Shown one piece after another: positions 62,748 through 64,000 of a stretch of DNA of 64,000 bases; the stretch's first letter is position 1, and every line of letters begins with the position of its first letter. The stretch lies in assembly GCF_013122565.1 (NCBI RefSeq), contig NZ_CP053258.1. The stretch is one strand, 5' to 3'. This stretch comes from Escherichia coli. Lineage in GTDB: Bacteria > Pseudomonadota > Gammaproteobacteria > Enterobacterales > Enterobacteriaceae. Made by a program: the position numbers and the translations under genes. Under the pieces are notes generated by a model that saw only the letters and a list, made by a program, of their open reading frames with translations, was not told where the DNA came from and searched no databases.

Positions 62748-64000
62748 ATGACAGAAGCGATGAAAATTACCCTCTCTACCCAACCTGCCGACGCGCGCTG
62801 GGGAGAAAAAGCAACTTACAGCATTAATAATGACGGCATTACCCTGCATTTGAACGGGGCAGACGATCTGGGGCTGATCCAGCGTGCGGCGCGCAAAATT
62901 GACGGTCTGGGCATCAAACATGTTCAGCTAAGCGGTGAAGGCTGGGATGTGGATCGCTGCTGGGCATTCTGGCAAGGTTACAAAGCCCCGAAAGGCACGC
63001 GTAAAGTGGAGTGGCCGGATCTGGACGATGCCCAGCGCCAGGAACTGGATAACCGCCTGATGATCATCGACTGGGTGCGTGACACCATCAACGCACCGGC
63101 GGAAGAGCTGGGGCCATCGCAACTGGCACAGCGTGCTGTTGATCTGATCAGCAACGTCGCAGGCGATCGTGTGACTTATCGGATCACCAAAGGTGAAGAT
63201 CTGCGTGATCAAGGTTATATGGGGCTGCACACTGTCGGGCGCGGTTCAGAACGTTCTCCGGTATTGCTGGCGCTGGATTACAACCCAACTGGCGATAAAG
63301 AAGCACCGGTGTACGCGTGCCTGGTTGGTAAAGGCATCACTTTTGATTCCGGCGGCTACAGCATCAAACAGACTGCGTTTATGGACTCGATGAAGTCGGA
63401 CATGGGCGGCGCGGCAACGGTTGCCGGGGCGCTGGCATTTGCCATTACGCGCGGACTGAACAAGCGCGTGAAGCTGTTCCTCTGCTGTGCGGATAACCTG
63501 ATTAGCGGCAATGCGTTCAAGCTGGGCGATATCATCACCTATCGCAACGGTAAAAAAGTTGAAGTGATGAACACTGATGCCGAAGGGCGTCTGGTGCTGG
63601 CCGATGGTCTGATTGATGCCAGTGCGCAGAAACCGGAACTGATCATTGATGCGGCGACCCTCACCGGGGCGGCGAAAACCGCGCTGGGTAATGATTATCA
63701 TGCGCTGTTCAGTTTTGACGATGCGCTGGCCGGTCGCTTGCTGGCGAGTGCCGCGCAGGAGAACGAACCATTCTGGCGTCTGCCGCTGGCGGAATTCCAC
63801 CGCAGCCAGCTGCCGTCTAACTTTGCCGAACTGAACAATACCGGAAGCGCGGCGTACCCGGCAGGCGCGAGCACGGCGGCGGGCTTCCTGTCGCACTTTG
63901 TTGAGAACTATCAGCAAGGCTGGCTGCATATCGACTGCTCGGCGACTTACCGTAAAGCGCCGGTTGAACAGTGGTCTGCGGGTGCTACGGGACTTGGTGT
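62748..64000 (+). CDS. pepB: Peptidase B (M17 leucyl aminopeptidase family); 3' end truncated by window edge
   Basis: ATG at 62748 read directly ([55 protein letters not shown]...); ORF runs open to the end of the window; M17 motif NTDAEGRL visible. Confidence 0.9.
   Translation, partial: MTEAMKITLSTQPADARWGEKATYSINNDGITLHLNGADDLGLIQRAARKIDGLGIKHVQLSGEGWDVDRCWAFWQGYKAPKGTRKVEWPDLDDAQRQELDNRLMIIDWVRDTINAPAEELGPSQLAQRAVDLISNVAGDRVTYRITKGEDLRDQGYMGLHTVGRGSERSPVLLALDYNPTGDKEAPVYACLVGKGITFDSGGYSIKQTAFMDSMKSDMGGAATVAGALAFAITRGLNKRVKLFLCCADNLISGNAFKLGDIITYRNGKKVEVMNTDAEGRLVLADGLIDASAQKPELIIDAATLTGAAKTALGNDYHALFSFDDALAGRLLASAAQENEPFWRLPLAEFHRSQLPSNFAELNNTGSAAYPAGASTAAGFLSHFVENYQQGWLHIDCSATYRKAPVEQWSAGATGLG

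Noticed and set aside
63246-63929. 227-aa minus-strand ORF antisense to pepB
   Set aside because: Opposite the conserved peptidase B coding region; Arg/Gln-rich wrong-frame composition.

Overview
This window reads as a contiguous, syntenic stretch of Escherichia coli K-12-type core chromosome running trxC to pepB, in reverse-complement orientation relative to conventional K-12 numbering. All identifications rest on reading the supplied ORF translations and sequence motifs against remembered E. coli proteins and regulatory sites; no database search or alignment was run. I call 61 protein-coding genes (60 complete, pepB truncated at the window end), two small RNAs (GlmY, and OhsC with approximate ends), plus REP/BIME elements, several hairpin terminators and regulatory sites. 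Gene blocks in order: trxC, yfiF, ung, grcA, eamB, yfiE, srmB, trmN6, nadB; rpoE-rseABC; lepAB; rnc-era-recO-pdxJ-acpS; shoB/ohsC type I toxin-antitoxin; yfhL, yfhH, pgpC, tadA, mltF, purL; glmY with glrK-qseG-glrR; glnB, hmp, glyA; yphH and yphGFEDCB, yphA; hcaDBCFE, hcaR, hcaT; csiE, yfhR, suhB, trmJ; iscRSUA-hscBA-fdx-iscX; pepB. Gene spacing is tight and every sizeable ORF maps to a known gene, so I see no mobile element, prophage remnant, CRISPR array or foreign insertion. I do not find sequence evidence for a previously undescribed system. The parts with least-understood biology are the yph locus (a 1093-aa protein of unknown function next to a sugar-type ABC transporter, a dehydrogenase and a mutarotase-like protein) and a few intergenic structures listed in the findings.
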